Shown: positions 26,233 through 39,404 of the stretch, in pieces
Layout of the letters: each line of letters opens with the position of its first letter
How positions within the stretch are numbered: position 1 is the first letter of the stretch
Assembly (NCBI GenBank): GCA_051362555.1
Contig: CM120643.1
Coordinates: 14,358,644-14,422,643, forward strand
Length of the DNA stretch: 64,000 nucleotides
Source: Lingula anatina
Taxonomy: Eukaryota; Animalia; Brachiopoda
Reading direction: 5' to 3'
Position numbers and translations under genes: made by a program
The notes under the pieces: generated by a model
Told to the model about the DNA's origin: nothing
What the model saw: the letters and a program-made list of their open reading frames with translations, nothing else
Database searches by the model: none

Positions 26233-27889
26233 CTTGACATTTAATATGGAATATTTCAGTTTCGAAGGTATGCCTAGGTAAAAATGCATTCTTTTTTCAA
26301 AAAACTCCGATCTCATATAAGATATGTGAATGGAGAAGTGTGTAGTCAGGTGTGTCGCTTCCAATTAACTGAATACCAGTTTTGTTGCGCTGCTGCATTA
26401 TGTAATATGCAGTGATTTAATTGGGTAGTGCACCTTTGGGCAGGTCAAAGCTTGGCTTTGACAAAGCATGGTTCTGTCAAAAAAGTATCAATTTGTCGAC
26501 AACTACTGCATTGAAGAATTTGAAATTTTGCATGCAAGTGGTCGGTTTTGCAAGGTGTAAAATGAGCTATGCAGTGCTCTGCAAATTTGTTAATCTGTGG
26601 CAGAATGGCGCGAAAAAGTCAGACATTGCCAGAGAGATAATTGTGCCAAACGAAACGGCTCGCACATTTTTATAGAGTAATGGCCAGACTGATGTACCTA
26701 CACACAGGCCAAACCTAATGTATTGAAATCTTACCACCAGGGTACAGGACCCACTGTCTGTCGGGATATGCTATTGCAACTAAACAAAAACCACCCAGTC
26801 CGTTCAGAATGAGGAGTAAATTGTCACCAAAACGCATTTTTCAAGGCCCTTAGCGAACACCAAACTGGTTTTAGCTGGTTAGAATACCAGTCGACCTGAG
26901 GGGAACCCACTGTAAACAGCAAAACATCGTTGTATGTTTCTCTAATGAATTGGGGACCTTGACCGTTTCTGAGTTGAACACTGAAACCTCGTGGCTTTCT
27001 TTATTGAGGTCAGATTTCACTTGTACCGCTCAACTAGTCAAAAAAGAGTTTACAGACATCCAGAAGAGGCCAACGACTAAGCGTGTGCCGCGTCTAAAGT
27101 GACTAAGGCCATTAATAGCGTCAGTAATTGGAATGGATACCACATTGGTGCCAAAACGCCAATGATGGTCATCTACGAAAACCTGAACCAGATCAAATAA
27201 AGGAATAATCTGGGAATCACTTGACTATCATTTGATAGGGGGCACCTTAAGAACTATTTTAGGTTGCACAGTGAAATTGCCGGTACACACAGAGCACTTT
27301 TAATAGCAGATTACTTACAGAACCAAGGGAACGAGCAGCTACCTTGGTAATCAAAATCGCAATATTTAAACCACATAGACAATATGTGGGTAGGTCATTA
27401 TTCGCCGAATCAATGGCATACATGTCCTACAACAAAACTGGACCAAATTGGACAGATTTTGACCGGTGCCCAGAATGATATTCCAGATTGAACTCTAAAA
27501 ACCTAACACAAGGAATGCCTTGCCACTTGAGAGCGCTGGTAGCAGACAGAAGATGTCAAGCGTAATAGCGAATGTTACTGTGACTAGACACTGACATGGG
27601 GGTTCTTTGTGAGTCGTGTAACTCTTTTACAAAAAATAATTTGGAAAATATGGAGGTCCAAATTATCTCTTTTAATTGTTGTCGTATGACATAGAACAGA
27701 CAATGTGTTTTTGTTTGTTTCTCTGGCGAATTCCATTAATGAACTAATGTCACAATGATATCAAAGAGATAATTAAAAGTTATTAAAACACGATTTTAAT
27801 CCTCATTTTCATTTACCAGTCAGCAAAATAGGAAAAAATTGATGAAAAATGATTTGGAAAAAAATATTCCATATTAAATGTCAAGTCTG
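26229..27889 (+). mobile_element. Decayed Tc1-family DNA transposon, 1661 bp
   Basis: 28-bp TIR CAGACTTGACATTTAATATGGAATATTT at both ends, TA target within a (TA)n tract. Interrupted transposase remnants: FSNE (cf. FSDE), WNGYHIGAKTPMMVIYENLN (cf. VWGG..G.T.L..I.GNLN), HSEIAGTHRA (cf. QDNA.PH.A), YLNHIDNMW (cf. SPDLNPIENLW). Confidence 0.93.
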
Positions 27890-29109
27890 TATATATATAT
27901 ATATATAAATAAAGAACCTGGATGAGCACCAAGTATGACTTTGCAAAATTTTACATTATGTTCACACCACACTTTTTTTCTTTACAAATGCTGATATTGA
28001 AATATCAATGAAAACATACTTTTGTAAGCTCAATTAATTTCCTTTTATGATTTGTTATATGATAAAAAAAAATATGCTTGTGTGACCTGTCTACACTTAC
28101 AGGGTTATTAGACAGAGAGACTGAACAAAACAACTTATAAAACATGTTTAGTTTAATCCATGGGATGAATATATTGAAAACATGCTTATCACCTACCATT
28201 TCAACACTGACTGATTTGACAACAGATATTTTCTTCTTCTTTAAAACACTGAACTGTTCAATTACTCGACTAAGTCATCTGTTTCAAAAAGCTATCTCAT
28301 ACAATAAAACAGCAAATAAAGAGCCTTTTATATATGAAAGTAATAAAAACCAAGACAACTTACATTATATTAGATTAAGTGGCATGAAATACACTTTACT
28401 TTATCATCTCTCCGTGGCTTGGCATGCTGCCAGACTAGGAATTAAGTGCCATATATAATTCAACAGTTCATGCTTTTAACATGATGGCTTAACAATTTCT
28501 GTACGCATATTTTTAAAGCACAGCATTTTTTTTACCACAAAATCAATTGCCCTGTGGAAGGGGAGGTATTTCTAAATGAAAAAGTACATTTACTAGTCAA
28601 AAGAACATATGGTTGGATAAAATCTAATGAAACAGTAACTTAATTTTAAAAATCTCCTTTCAAAGTCAAATATTTAATGGTACAAGTACAGGGTCATTTT
28701 ATATCCTTGGATGTCACTCAATATACATAACAGGTTATAAGTGTAAAGTTGATTAACTGGTTTACTTTCCTCTTTTTGTATCATGACAGGTAACTCCCCT
28801 AATCTCACCTGTAAAGATTAATGAAAGTCGCTTAAACCTGTTATTTTTCATACAAGTTAAAAAGCTGGTTTCTGATAAAGCCTCAGGGTAAAGCTAATAA
28901 TAAACAGCTGATAAATTTGCATTCAGCCAACAAATTGCATTTTGTACACTGTGGTTTTTAAATTTTTTTAATATAAATTTCAAATTTCAATAACTTAGGT
29001 AGTACATAAGCAATATATAAACTGGTTACTAGGTTACTAGGTTATGAAACTAAGGGAACAAGTTCAAATTACATAAATAAGGAAAGCAGACATTTTATTC
29101 TCATTTGTC

Positions 29110-29149
<40 letters not shown>

Positions 29150-29150
29150 A

Positions 29151-29181
<31 letters not shown>

Positions 29182-30033
29182 CAGAGGAGGAGGAGGGAGA
29201 GAGAAAGAGAATTTCTGAATTGACAAAAAGCACATTTTCTCCAATTTCAAGGATTTGCTTCTAAAAGCATAAAAATATCAAATACCTGCATTCCTGTTAA
29301 AAGGTGTTATCTTTAAAACAATTGAAGAATCAAACATTTCTGACACCATAATATTACGTTAAACTACTTTTAGCCCCAAAAATTAAACTAAATAAAATGC
29401 TTAAAATACTAGAACTTCCACATTATTGTAACTAGTAAATTATAAAAATTTGGTCTAAGCCTTGTCATATATTGCAATTATTTCAGCAGATCCTTCACTG
29501 TCATCCCTAGGATATGAAATTCATTTTACAGGGAGCCAAGGCTAAAAAAAAAAAAGAAAAATTAAAAAAAAATAAATAAACTGTTTCAACATATCATCAG
29601 AGAGTCTGGTATCTGGGGGTTAAGAATCTGTTTATTCACTTGATCAGTCTCCACATGCAGTTATACGTACCACTGAAGTGATATAGTCCGTTATCTAGGA
29701 TTTTTTTTTTTAATATGACAACCTTTCAGCCAGTGTTTTCCTTGTGCCTTGACACATTCTAGTGCTGCATAAAAGGAGTTCACCCCACCCACACCCCTTC
29801 ACCCCACCCACACCCCTTCACCCCAAGGGAAAAAAACACGTACTATATATAGTAATAAACCTTTCTAAAATGAAATTTGTTGAACGTGCCTGCATACTAG
29901 TACCAAACTCAGCATAACCAGGCAACAACGCAATAACTCCTGTTAACATGTACTCCTGGCTGAAAAACTCAAGTGTTGTGTCTACAATGTATACAGGTGA
30001 GCCCCAGTATAAGCCTGTGATACATGCGCCTAC

Positions 30034-30574
30034 CTGTTGAAGTGTTCTGTTGTCGTTGGGTTTGACAGTGGAGTCTCCGGTAGCCCGTCCTTAAATACAT
30101 GTAAACAAACACACTCCTTCTTTTTAAATTCTTAAGCTTTAGAAAATTGAAAACGTGAATGGCATTAAAATATTATATTATATATTGCACTGAATTGTTA
30201 ACAGAGCCTTACCGCTACCCCCGTTTTCTAGGTTCTCTTGCGATCGCTTGTTAGGTTCTTTCTGGTGAAGTGCTGCTACTACACTCACACATATCGTCTG
30301 TCCCCTAAAGTAGGACTATCACGTGTTAATGCATTGAGTAAAGTACTACGTTGCATTCATTTATACATTGATTATTATATTTACATTATATCATTATATA
30401 TTTCTTTTGTGTGGAAAATCATGCATTCAAGTAAGGTAAAATCTGTCAAAATTGGAAGATATATGGTAATACTTTTTGTAATGTGTCAACTTTGTACGCG
30501 CGGTTTGAATGTGAGCGATTCTTTCCTCCCTTTACAAATAACTCAAAACTCTCAGAGAACTTATGTTGCAAGAT
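30034..30574. promoter_or_regulatory. Putative shared (bidirectional) promoter between a non-coding TEP first exon (minus) and APRT (plus)
   Basis: CpG-richer island. The TEP ATG exon starts with a splice acceptor at 17255/17256, so an upstream non-coding exon is expected. A good minus-strand donor CAG|GTAGG lies at 30034/30033. Inference only. Confidence 0.4.
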
Positions 30575-31637
30575 ATGTCTACAGATAAAAGACTAGAGCG
30601 TGTCAAGGAAAAAGTTGCAGCAATTCCGGATTTCCCTAAAAAGGGCATTTTATTCAGGTACTCAATTTAGTGGTAACTATTCTCTCTTTATGTGATATTC
30701 AGCATTAGACTCGAGTGCAAGTACCTTTGTACTTATACTGTACACGAACAAGTTTAGCAGAATACATGTTGACGTTTATCCAATTATGGACAATGTAAGC
30801 ATGGGTTTTGTTTAAGCACTAATTGATCATTATTAACAATTGAATTATTTTTAACTGAATTCAGGCATATTAGTAATTATACAATTGTTTATCCAAAACA
30901 GCCCTATTTATCCAACTGAAGTGATGACAGCTTTGTTAAATTTGTTAAAAATGCTCCTCTACTTTTGATGTATACTTATATTCATGTACTATGTAGTAGT
31001 CTATTGTATTACAATAGAATGAGAATTGTGAAGTAGTAAAATGGACATATGGTCAAAGATAAAATTTAATTACTGCAGGTGAAACAACATGCTGATGCAC
31101 CATAAATCCTGATTTATTTTCCTTTTTATATTTCACAGAGACTTATTCCCAGTGTTGACTTTCCCTGATGTTTTTAAAGGATTGATCTCACTGATGTCAG
31201 AGTATGTTAAAGATGCTCACCCTGACTGTGAAGGCATTATTGGTTTGGAGTCCAGGGGATTCCTTTATGGTCCAATGATAGCACAGGAATTGAATGTTCC
31301 ATTTGTGCCAGTGCGTAAGAAGGGTAAACTGCCAGGTGAACTTGTACAGGTGACTTATCAGCTGGAATATGGAACTGTAAGTGTGCCTTAATTTCACAAT
31401 TGACTCTACCAAGAGCCGAGTTCCAGACTCTTCGGGAAGCTCATCTCTTTCTGGTATATCAGTGAATATAAGACATGCATAGAGCTGTGAAGAAGGGTCT
31501 GAAACAACATGCTCAGTACTACTTTATTATTCATATTCATGTGTCTGGTGATGCAGCTTGACATATAGTACAACAGTACATAGTAATATAGTACATACAG
31601 ATATACCTAGTTCCATTTAAAGACATACTGTTATAAT

Positions 31638-31682
<45 letters not shown>

Positions 31683-32369
31683 TGTGTGTGTGTGTGTGTG
31701 TACATACAGTGTACCAGAGATGGGAATTGGCCTCCTTTGGAGGGTGATTTCCTCTTTTGTTTGTATCAAGGAGAGTTTAATTGAGCTTTGTAATGTTCAA
31801 AAACACGGAAACTTGTAGGGTAGGGAGAGTTTTCCTCAACATTCTTGATTCAGCATCTACTTTTTCAATCTCATTCTAAAAATGCTTTTCAGGACACATT
31901 TGAGATGCAGAAAAACAGCCTAAAACCAGGCCAGAAGGTGGTGATAGTGGATGATCTTTTGGCAACTGGAGGTACATATTGTGATAAGATGCGATGGGCT
32001 AAAGGCATGGGAGGGGCAGAGGGAAGGAAAAACTATTACAGTACCCTCAAATTCATGTACACTCACACTGGTGTTTTTTTTTTTTTTTTTTTTTTTGGGG
32101 GGGGGGGTCTGGAGGTACTGCCCCCCCCCCCCCCCTTTTTGATTTCTGAAAATAATTACACCAATCCTCCCCTCTTGAAATTAGAATTTTGACCATCTGA
32201 ATCATAGTTCTAAACCGGACCAAATGGCACCGTTCATCCCCCCTTTCAAATAATCTTGGATTAATTACCAATGTAACATGGTCACATGCGCACATCTTAC
32301 CCTATCAGGAACAACAGTGTTACAGCACTCTCATGGTAATCCTACCCAGGAAACTGATGTAAGTTTAAG

Positions 32370-32441
<72 letters not shown>

Positions 32442-32638
32442 TTGGGCCCAGTTCTGTTTTTAGTTCATAACACTTTGTTATTTTTGTTTTAGGGACTATG
32501 GCTGCTGCAGTGGAACTAGTTCAGCAGGTTGGGGGAATTGCCCAGTGTGGTTTGGTAGTCATTGAGCTTGTGGACCTCAAAGGAAGGGAGAAAATTCAAG
32601 GAACTGTGAAATCATTTTTGCAGTACTCTGGAGATTAA
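30575..32638 (+). CDS. APRT: Adenine phosphoribosyltransferase (181 aa, 4 exons)
   Basis: Exons 30575-30657 (MSTDKR...[12 protein letters not shown]), 31139-31376 ([24 protein letters not shown]), 31893-31971 (PRPP motif [12 protein letters not shown]), 32493-32638 (TMAAA...[15 protein letters not shown]). All introns GT-AG with consistent phases. An alternative in-frame ATG lies at 30563. Confidence 0.98.
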
Positions 32639-34239
32639 GGAACCATAGAGATGCACAGTTTCTGTAGTAGAAGATTTACCCATGAAAAACATTATGCTTT
32701 ACTTATTTTTCTTGTATTTTTTACTCCAACAAATCAACCATTGATCCTCTTATCCTGACACTTCCCTTAGCAAAATGAAAAGTTTGCAACATAATTGCAG
32801 TTAGCAGCATATTTGCTGTCAATTTAAAGTAGGCTTGATATTTTGCAAAGAGGATTGCCATATCTCTGTAATATTCTGGAAAAAATTAAAAAGAGAAACA
32901 TGATAATTGGTGGTAGGTAGTATTTGATTAAAAACAGGCTCAGACAAGATCCATGTATCATAAGTTATTTTTGGTTCCATTATTACATCATCTACATTGA
33001 AAATATGTCATTTGAAGGAAATAGAAAAAAAGCAAAAAGAGGGTGGTGCAATTATATATACATTTAATACATGTGTGATAAGTGTTAAAAACGATCCATT
33101 TTGTTTAAACGATCACTTATTAAGAGTTAAATAAATTGAATTATTAAACTTCCATTTTAGATTTCTTTTTGGTCACTTGTCAAATGAACTAGCATTTTAT
33201 CAAGATGTTGGAACTAAATTTTGAAGAAATACTATATTTTTACACCTGACATACTAGCACCCTTCAAGCATATGCAAACATGTATAGCATCTTCAAGTAT
33301 ATATAGCACAGCACAGTACTTGTGTCTTATGAAAATATATGTATGGCATACATGTACATACAAGTAATTGCCATAATGGGTACCCCTGTACATCTTGGAC
33401 ATGTACATGTACATGCAGGTATATACTCTAAATGTGAGGGTACTTAATTGTAACTGCCAAATAATATATTAAATGAATCTTGGCTCAAATTTATTTTCAA
33501 AAGGATACTGAAATAATTGTGAAGTCCAAATCACTAATTTGAGAAACATGACGGCTTCAAAGGTATAATTTAGATAAATTTTGTACGTAGATTGGAACCA
33601 ACTATATGTACAATCATGTAATAAAATTTTACAATAAAGGATATTTTGCAATCATAACATTTGAGTAATTCTCATGCCACCCCTCATTTTTTACTTATTG
33701 CGGTATTGATTCAATCATGACAATGGGGGGAAAATTGTGAGTTTTACAGATACTTTATTTTTTTAAGTCTTAAATTCTTCGAAGGTAGCAAAACTGTAAA
33801 CCAGGACGCCTTTAGTTGGGTTAGTTCTATTCTATACAGAAAAAGCACCACAACTACTACACAAAATATATTTTTAATGATTCTAAACATGTCTCTGAAA
33901 ATTTTTTCCCCATTGAAAATGTTGAGTCATTATCATTCCCATATTAAATGAACACTCTTTTTTTCTAGATCCATTTTATTCTTTTTAATATGTCTTTAAA
34001 GAAAACGTTGACAAACAAGTTCAAAGCTTTTCATTATGTATTGTTGATTATCTGTCATATGTATTTTCACAGGCAGGTCTTGGTGTTATCCTCTAAATGG
34101 CTAGATTTTTACACTAGATATTCACAGATATTTTTCTGGCTTGTACTGTGCACAATGGCGTCATCACCCAGCTGCAGGCTTCTGGAGAAAACTTTCTTAA
34201 CTTTAACGTCTTTCATTATGAATTGTAATATTATATATG

Positions 34240-34407
34240 CAGGCCCGTAGCCAGCAATTTCAAAAGGGGGGTTCTTTTTCTGAAAAAGTGGACCTTTTTC
34301 TATAAAAACTTGATGCACCTAGATCAATTTTTACCCAGAGTGGACCTTTTCTCAGCAAAAAGGGCGGTTCTTTCAAACCCCCCGAACCCCCCCTGGCTAC
34401 GGGCCTG
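34240..34407. mobile_element. hAT5-like MITE (168 bp) with 5-bp TSD
   Basis: TIR CAGGCCCGTAGCCAG / CTGGCTACGGGCCTG; flanking direct repeat ATATG; same family as 19439-19606. Confidence 0.87.
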
Positions 34408-34677
34408 ATATGCTATCATCTATAATATTAAATTTCACGGCACCCATATGGAAAAAATGGTGCTTTATTTGGGGTCATGTCGATACTGGTCGGTCATGTC
34501 AATATGGCTGCCGCTATGGCCCTGTAACAGAAATAGGATACTTCCTCCGCTCGGCTACATAAATCTCCAAAACAGTGTTGGAATCCTTACTTATTTCAAC
34601 AAAGACTGCTACATCCTGCTGTACATCAAACTTCTGTGATAAACTTTTTGGAAGTTTTAGAAGAAAACTCACTAAAC

Positions 34678-36405
34678 ATGGCACTGTCCAGACCAAAAAG
34701 GTCTGTAAAAACTGTGAAGAATCCTGACTTTCTATATGACTCTGAGCTATCACCACTAAAATCTCCCTCACAAAATAGTCAAGACACAGCAAAGGAAATG
34801 TTTCTAAACCCTGAGAAGCTGTACTTTGATCATCAAACAAGGTTCCAAGCAGGGATAGAAGAAAAGGTCATTTGCAATGCTAAATTTCACTCAAAAAGAC
34901 TGCACGACTGGAAAACGACATCAAAAGAGTACTTTCAAAGGAAATATGAAAACATGGAACTCTCATCTCCACCAATTCTTCAGGAGACAGATGGAGGTTT
35001 TCACCTGAAAATGACCACAAGAGATGATGATGGAGTTGACAGTACATATGCCGTCATGAGTTTCTACGTCAGCAGGGGCATAATTGTTATAAATGGAGCT
35101 CAATGTATGAACTGGGTCTCTAATGATTTTCCACGCCTGAGACTACTTATGGAAGAAGAGGCTAAACAAACCAGAAAAAAGAGCATGACAGCAGATGCAG
35201 ATAACCCCTGTATTCCCACCTGTAGTATTCCTTTTGAAACACCGGTGAGAAGCGATGAAACTACGACCTCTGAGACTGAGCTTTCATTTCATACCAAATC
35301 TGAAACTGACCAGCTTCTTCAAGACCTGGATGACTTTGATGACATTAAGTACAATGAAATAGAAAATGTCACCCTGGTTACAAACAGTCCCCATTTGGCA
35401 GTAAGGAAAATAAATGAAAATAGCCAGCAAAGGGAAGAAATAAAACGGTTGAATCTACTGCTTGCAAAACTACAAGAAGAAAGGGAGGCTGAAACATTAA
35501 AATTGCAAAAGGAAAATGAGACACTCCACAAACAAATCCATGAAATGCAGAGCAAACTGGATACAGTAACTGAAGAAAGGGACATCTTCCGCGCTAGAAT
35601 TGAAAGCATGGAGACTGAAGTCGAGAATGAAACACGGAAAAAGAGTGAAATAGAAAACCTACAGACTGCTATAGATAACAGGGGAATGGTTCCCATACAG
35701 ACCTCCAACAGATTTGCCCCCCTCCAACACCAGCAAATGACCTGGAGCTCAATTGCACGTGGAAACCGTCAGCAGCCACAGCAGCCACAAGCCCCTGAAC
35801 AAGCCCCTGGACCAACCCCACCACAAGGAGCACCCAGCAATGTAAGGACACACTCAAAAATGTTAATTATAGGAGACTCAATGATGCGCAATGTAAGCAA
35901 CAAAATTCAGGCAGAAAATACTCAGATCCATGCCACAACATATCTCCACTCAGGTGCTACCTTAGAAAAAATTACAAACAGAGTATCTAAATACAAAAAA
36001 ACCAACGAAATACCCGATCATGTTGTCCTCCATGCAGGAACAAACAATATTGAATTGGACAATATTCAATACATGGTAAACCAAACTTCAAACCTTATAC
36101 AGGTAACAAAAGAAAAGTATCCTCAATCTCAAATTATTGTCTCTGGAATGTTCCAGAGGGATGACAAGCCCCACCTAAACGGAAAAATCTCTATCATCAA
36201 CAACATTACCAAAAGCAAATGTGAGGAGGAAGGCATACTATTCATTAACAATACTACCTGGCCACGAACCAGGATTACAAACTATGGTGGCCTTCATCTA
36301 TCTCGACATGGAGAAACACAATATGTAAAGCATCTGATTACCTCACTGCGTACCCAAGGAAAACACCAAAATTTTCACACAGCTCAGCAGAGGAGAATTC
36401 CATAG
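34678..36405 (+). CDS. LINE ORF1 protein: coiled coil plus SGNH/GDSL esterase-like domain
   Basis: First ATG at 34678 (the ORF track start at 34636 is GTG). Heptad-rich central region, SNRFAPL motif, SGNH blocks IIGDSM, SGA, HAGTNN, GLHLS. Confidence 0.9.
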   Translation: MALSRPKRSVKTVKNPDFLYDSELSPLKSPSQNSQDTAKEMFLNPEKLYFDHQTRFQAGIEEKVICNAKFHSKRLHDWKTTSKEYFQRKYENMELSSPPILQETDGGFHLKMTTRDDDGVDSTYAVMSFYVSRGIIVINGAQCMNWVSNDFPRLRLLMEEEAKQTRKKSMTADADNPCIPTCSIPFETPVRSDETTTSETELSFHTKSETDQLLQDLDDFDDIKYNEIENVTLVTNSPHLAVRKINENSQQREEIKRLNLLLAKLQEEREAETLKLQKENETLHKQIHEMQSKLDTVTEERDIFRARIESMETEVENETRKKSEIENLQTAIDNRGMVPIQTSNRFAPLQHQQMTWSSIARGNRQQPQQPQAPEQAPGPTPPQGAPSNVRTHSKMLIIGDSMMRNVSNKIQAENTQIHATTYLHSGATLEKITNRVSKYKKTNEIPDHVVLHAGTNNIELDNIQYMVNQTSNLIQVTKEKYPQSQIIVSGMFQRDDKPHLNGKISIINNITKSKCEEEGILFINNTTWPRTRITNYGGLHLSRHGETQYVKHLITSLRTQGKHQNFHTAQQRRIP

Positions 36406-36413
36406 CCCCATGT

Positions 36414-39404
36414 ATGTCTCATAAATCTCATGAAAAACAGTTATCTAGAGCGCCCAAGGATAGAGACTCTCACGAAGAAACAAACTCACCTTTCGAAGAA
36501 ATAATCAAAATAAGGAAGAAACACTCCCAAAATTTTCTCATATGTCATATAAACATAAATAGCCTACAACACAAATTCTGGGACCTCAGAGACATATTAC
36601 AAAGAAATGTGATTGACTGTCTAATAGTCAGTGAAACAAAACTTGATTCATCCTTCCCAGACTCTCAGTTTAAAGTGGAAAACTATAACATGTTCAGAAA
36701 GGACAGAAATGCAAATGGAGGTGGACTAATGGTTTATGTACGGTCATCCATTCCAACTCAAAGAGCAACAAATCTAGAATCGAACACTGTGGAACTTATA
36801 CCTTTAACTGTAAACCTGAAAAATAGCAAATGGTGCTTCCTTGCCACTTATAGACCTCCAAACTCAAATGTTGACTTTTTTCTCCAAATTCTGGGAAAAA
36901 CTATTGACATGGCTTTATGCAAATATGAAAACATTGAAGTTATTGGTGACCTTAACTGTAATTTAAACACTGAATGTGGAAATGGGAGATTGCTAAAAGA
37001 GTTTTGTGACATATATGACTTACAAAATATCATCAAGGTACCCACTTGTTACAAGTCAGCAAATCCAACTTTGATAGATGTTATCCTCAGTAATCAGCCA
37101 AACAAACATCTAAAATCAGGAGCCTTCGACTGTGGCCTTAGTGATTTCCACCATATGATATATTCAGTTTTCCGGTCTCATGCACCGAAAGAGCAAGTAC
37201 GAACTATTAAATATAGAAGCTATAAAAACTTTGATGCCAGTCATTTCCAAAGAGATCTTGAAAATGCTCCTTTTGAGCTGGGCGAAATCTTTGATGACGC
37301 TGAGGATGCTTTCAACACTTTCAACAACCTCTTTAGTGACATAGTAGATAAACACTTGCCAATGAAAACCAGAAGGATCAAAGGAAGAAATGCTCCCTTT
37401 ATGAACAGTGAATACAGAAAGTGTGTCAGTAGAAAACAACAGCTAAGAAATAGGTTTTATAAAAGTAGAACATCACAAAATTGGGAGGACTTCAGACAAA
37501 TGCGAAACAAATGTGCAAAACTCCGGAGGAACAGTATTAAAAACTATTTTATGGAGAGATGTACAGGAGGTGCAAAAAACCCAAATTTCTGGAAAACAAT
37601 TAAACCGTTTGTGAGCAAAAAATCAAACTCTGGCTGCAATGACATTGTTCTCATAGAAAATGACACAGTAGTAAATTCACGGACAGAGATTGCCAGCATA
37701 TTCAATAATCACTTTACTAATGTAGCCTCCCACATTGGGAGAAACAGCTCCTCGGATCCAGTGGAAATCAGCCATTATGAGAATCACTCCAGTATTCGCT
37801 ACATAAAAGAAAATCAGGCTGAAGAAAAAGATTTTCATTTCATGCCCGTGTCGGAAAAAAATGTCTACAATCGATTGACTAAAATTGATACAAAGAAAAG
37901 CACAGGACACGACAACATTTCTCCAAAAATTGTGAAAATAGCAGCTGCCTCAATTGCGGGTCCCCTTACCAAATGTATCAATAGAGGCATGACAGAAAAC
38001 TGCTTCTTTTCTGACCTGAAAAAGGCTGATGTTACACCCATCCATAAGAAAAAGGACACTTCTGACAAGGAAAATTATAGGCCAGTAAGTGTGCTCCCAG
38101 TATTTTCAAAAATATATGAAGGGATTATGGCAGAACAACTGAACTCTTTTTTCTCAGACATTTTTTCTCCGTATCTTTCGGCATTCAGGCATGGACATAG
38201 CTGCCAGACACTCTTGATCAAGATGGTAGAGGACTGGAAACAAAGTTTAGACAAAAACAAATATGTTGGCGCAGTTCTAATGGACCTATCGAAGGCATTT
38301 GACAGTATACCACACACTTTACTACTTGCCAAATTAGAGGCATATGGTCTCGACAAAAATGCCTTAGACTTAATGCACAGCTACTTGAGTAAAAGAAAAC
38401 AGCGAGTGAAAGTCGGCGATACTCTGAGCTGTTGGGAAAATCTACATAAAGGTGTTCCTCAAGGTTCCATCATTGGTCCCCTGCTGTTCAACATTTTCAT
38501 AAATGACATCTTTCATTCTATTGAAAATTGTAACCTCTACAACTACGCAGATGATAACACCTTAAGTGCTGCACACCCAGACTTTGATACCTTAAAAAGG
38601 GAGCTCGAATATGATGCACAAAATGCTATAAACTGGTTCTCTTTAAACGAGATGGAAGCTAACCCTGAAAAATTCCAAGCTATTTTTATTGGCAAAACAG
38701 GAGTCAACCATAGTGATGAGCAATTATCTTTCAATGGAAAATTAGTGAAACCAGAACCTTGGGTCAAGCTCCTTGGGGTTTACTTTGACTCAAGACTGAC
38801 TTTCAACAAACACATTTCAGAATTATGTTCAAAAACAGCATGTCAATTAAACACACTGAAAAGGCTTTCAGCTCATCTAGATGTCCCAAGTCGGCTTGCC
38901 ATTTTCAGGCACTTTACATTATCAAACTTTAATTATTGTCCGTTAGTATGGCACTTTTGTGGTGAGGGAAATATGAAAAAATTAGAAAAGATACAGGAAA
39001 GGGATCTAAGATTTGTCTACGACAACCACACAAGCAGTTACGACGAGCTTTTAAATATGTCAAGCCTCAGCACTCTGCACTTGAACAGGCTACGTATGCT
39101 TGCACTTGAGGTTTACAAAGCTATACATGGACTTGCACCTTCCTACATCTCCGACCTTTTCCAAGAAAGAACAACAAGTTACAACCTTAGAGGAGAAAAG
39201 ACTCTAAATATTCCCAGATTTAACACAGTGACATACGGCAAAAAATCCTTATCATATCTTGGGCCAAAAATATGGAATGATCTCTCAAATGACTTAAAGC
39301 AAAGCATCAATTCAAATGAGTTTAAATCACTTTTAAGGCTTTGGGAAGGACCCAAATGCAGATGTAGCCTGTGTAACCTATATGCTTTTAGTGAAAATGT
39401 GTAA
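36414..39404 (+). CDS. LINE ORF2: APE endonuclease plus reverse transcriptase (996 aa)
   Basis: APE motifs NINSL, SETKL, RKDR..GGG, YRPP, GDLN, SDFH. RT motifs NYRPVSVL, DLSKAFD, GVPQGSIIGPLLF, YADD, KLLGV. C-terminal WEGPKCRCSLC. Confidence 0.98.
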   Translation: MSHKSHEKQLSRAPKDRDSHEETNSPFEEIIKIRKKHSQNFLICHININSLQHKFWDLRDILQRNVIDCLIVSETKLDSSFPDSQFKVENYNMFRKDRNANGGGLMVYVRSSIPTQRATNLESNTVELIPLTVNLKNSKWCFLATYRPPNSNVDFFLQILGKTIDMALCKYENIEVIGDLNCNLNTECGNGRLLKEFCDIYDLQNIIKVPTCYKSANPTLIDVILSNQPNKHLKSGAFDCGLSDFHHMIYSVFRSHAPKEQVRTIKYRSYKNFDASHFQRDLENAPFELGEIFDDAEDAFNTFNNLFSDIVDKHLPMKTRRIKGRNAPFMNSEYRKCVSRKQQLRNRFYKSRTSQNWEDFRQMRNKCAKLRRNSIKNYFMERCTGGAKNPNFWKTIKPFVSKKSNSGCNDIVLIENDTVVNSRTEIASIFNNHFTNVASHIGRNSSSDPVEISHYENHSSIRYIKENQAEEKDFHFMPVSEKNVYNRLTKIDTKKSTGHDNISPKIVKIAAASIAGPLTKCINRGMTENCFFSDLKKADVTPIHKKKDTSDKENYRPVSVLPVFSKIYEGIMAEQLNSFFSDIFSPYLSAFRHGHSCQTLLIKMVEDWKQSLDKNKYVGAVLMDLSKAFDSIPHTLLLAKLEAYGLDKNALDLMHSYLSKRKQRVKVGDTLSCWENLHKGVPQGSIIGPLLFNIFINDIFHSIENCNLYNYADDNTLSAAHPDFDTLKRELEYDAQNAINWFSLNEMEANPEKFQAIFIGKTGVNHSDEQLSFNGKLVKPEPWVKLLGVYFDSRLTFNKHISELCSKTACQLNTLKRLSAHLDVPSRLAIFRHFTLSNFNYCPLVWHFCGEGNMKKLEKIQERDLRFVYDNHTSSYDELLNMSSLSTLHLNRLRMLALEVYKAIHGLAPSYISDLFQERTTSYNLRGEKTLNIPRFNTVTYGKKSLSYLGPKIWNDLSNDLKQSINSNEFKSLLRLWEGPKCRCSLCNLYAFSENV

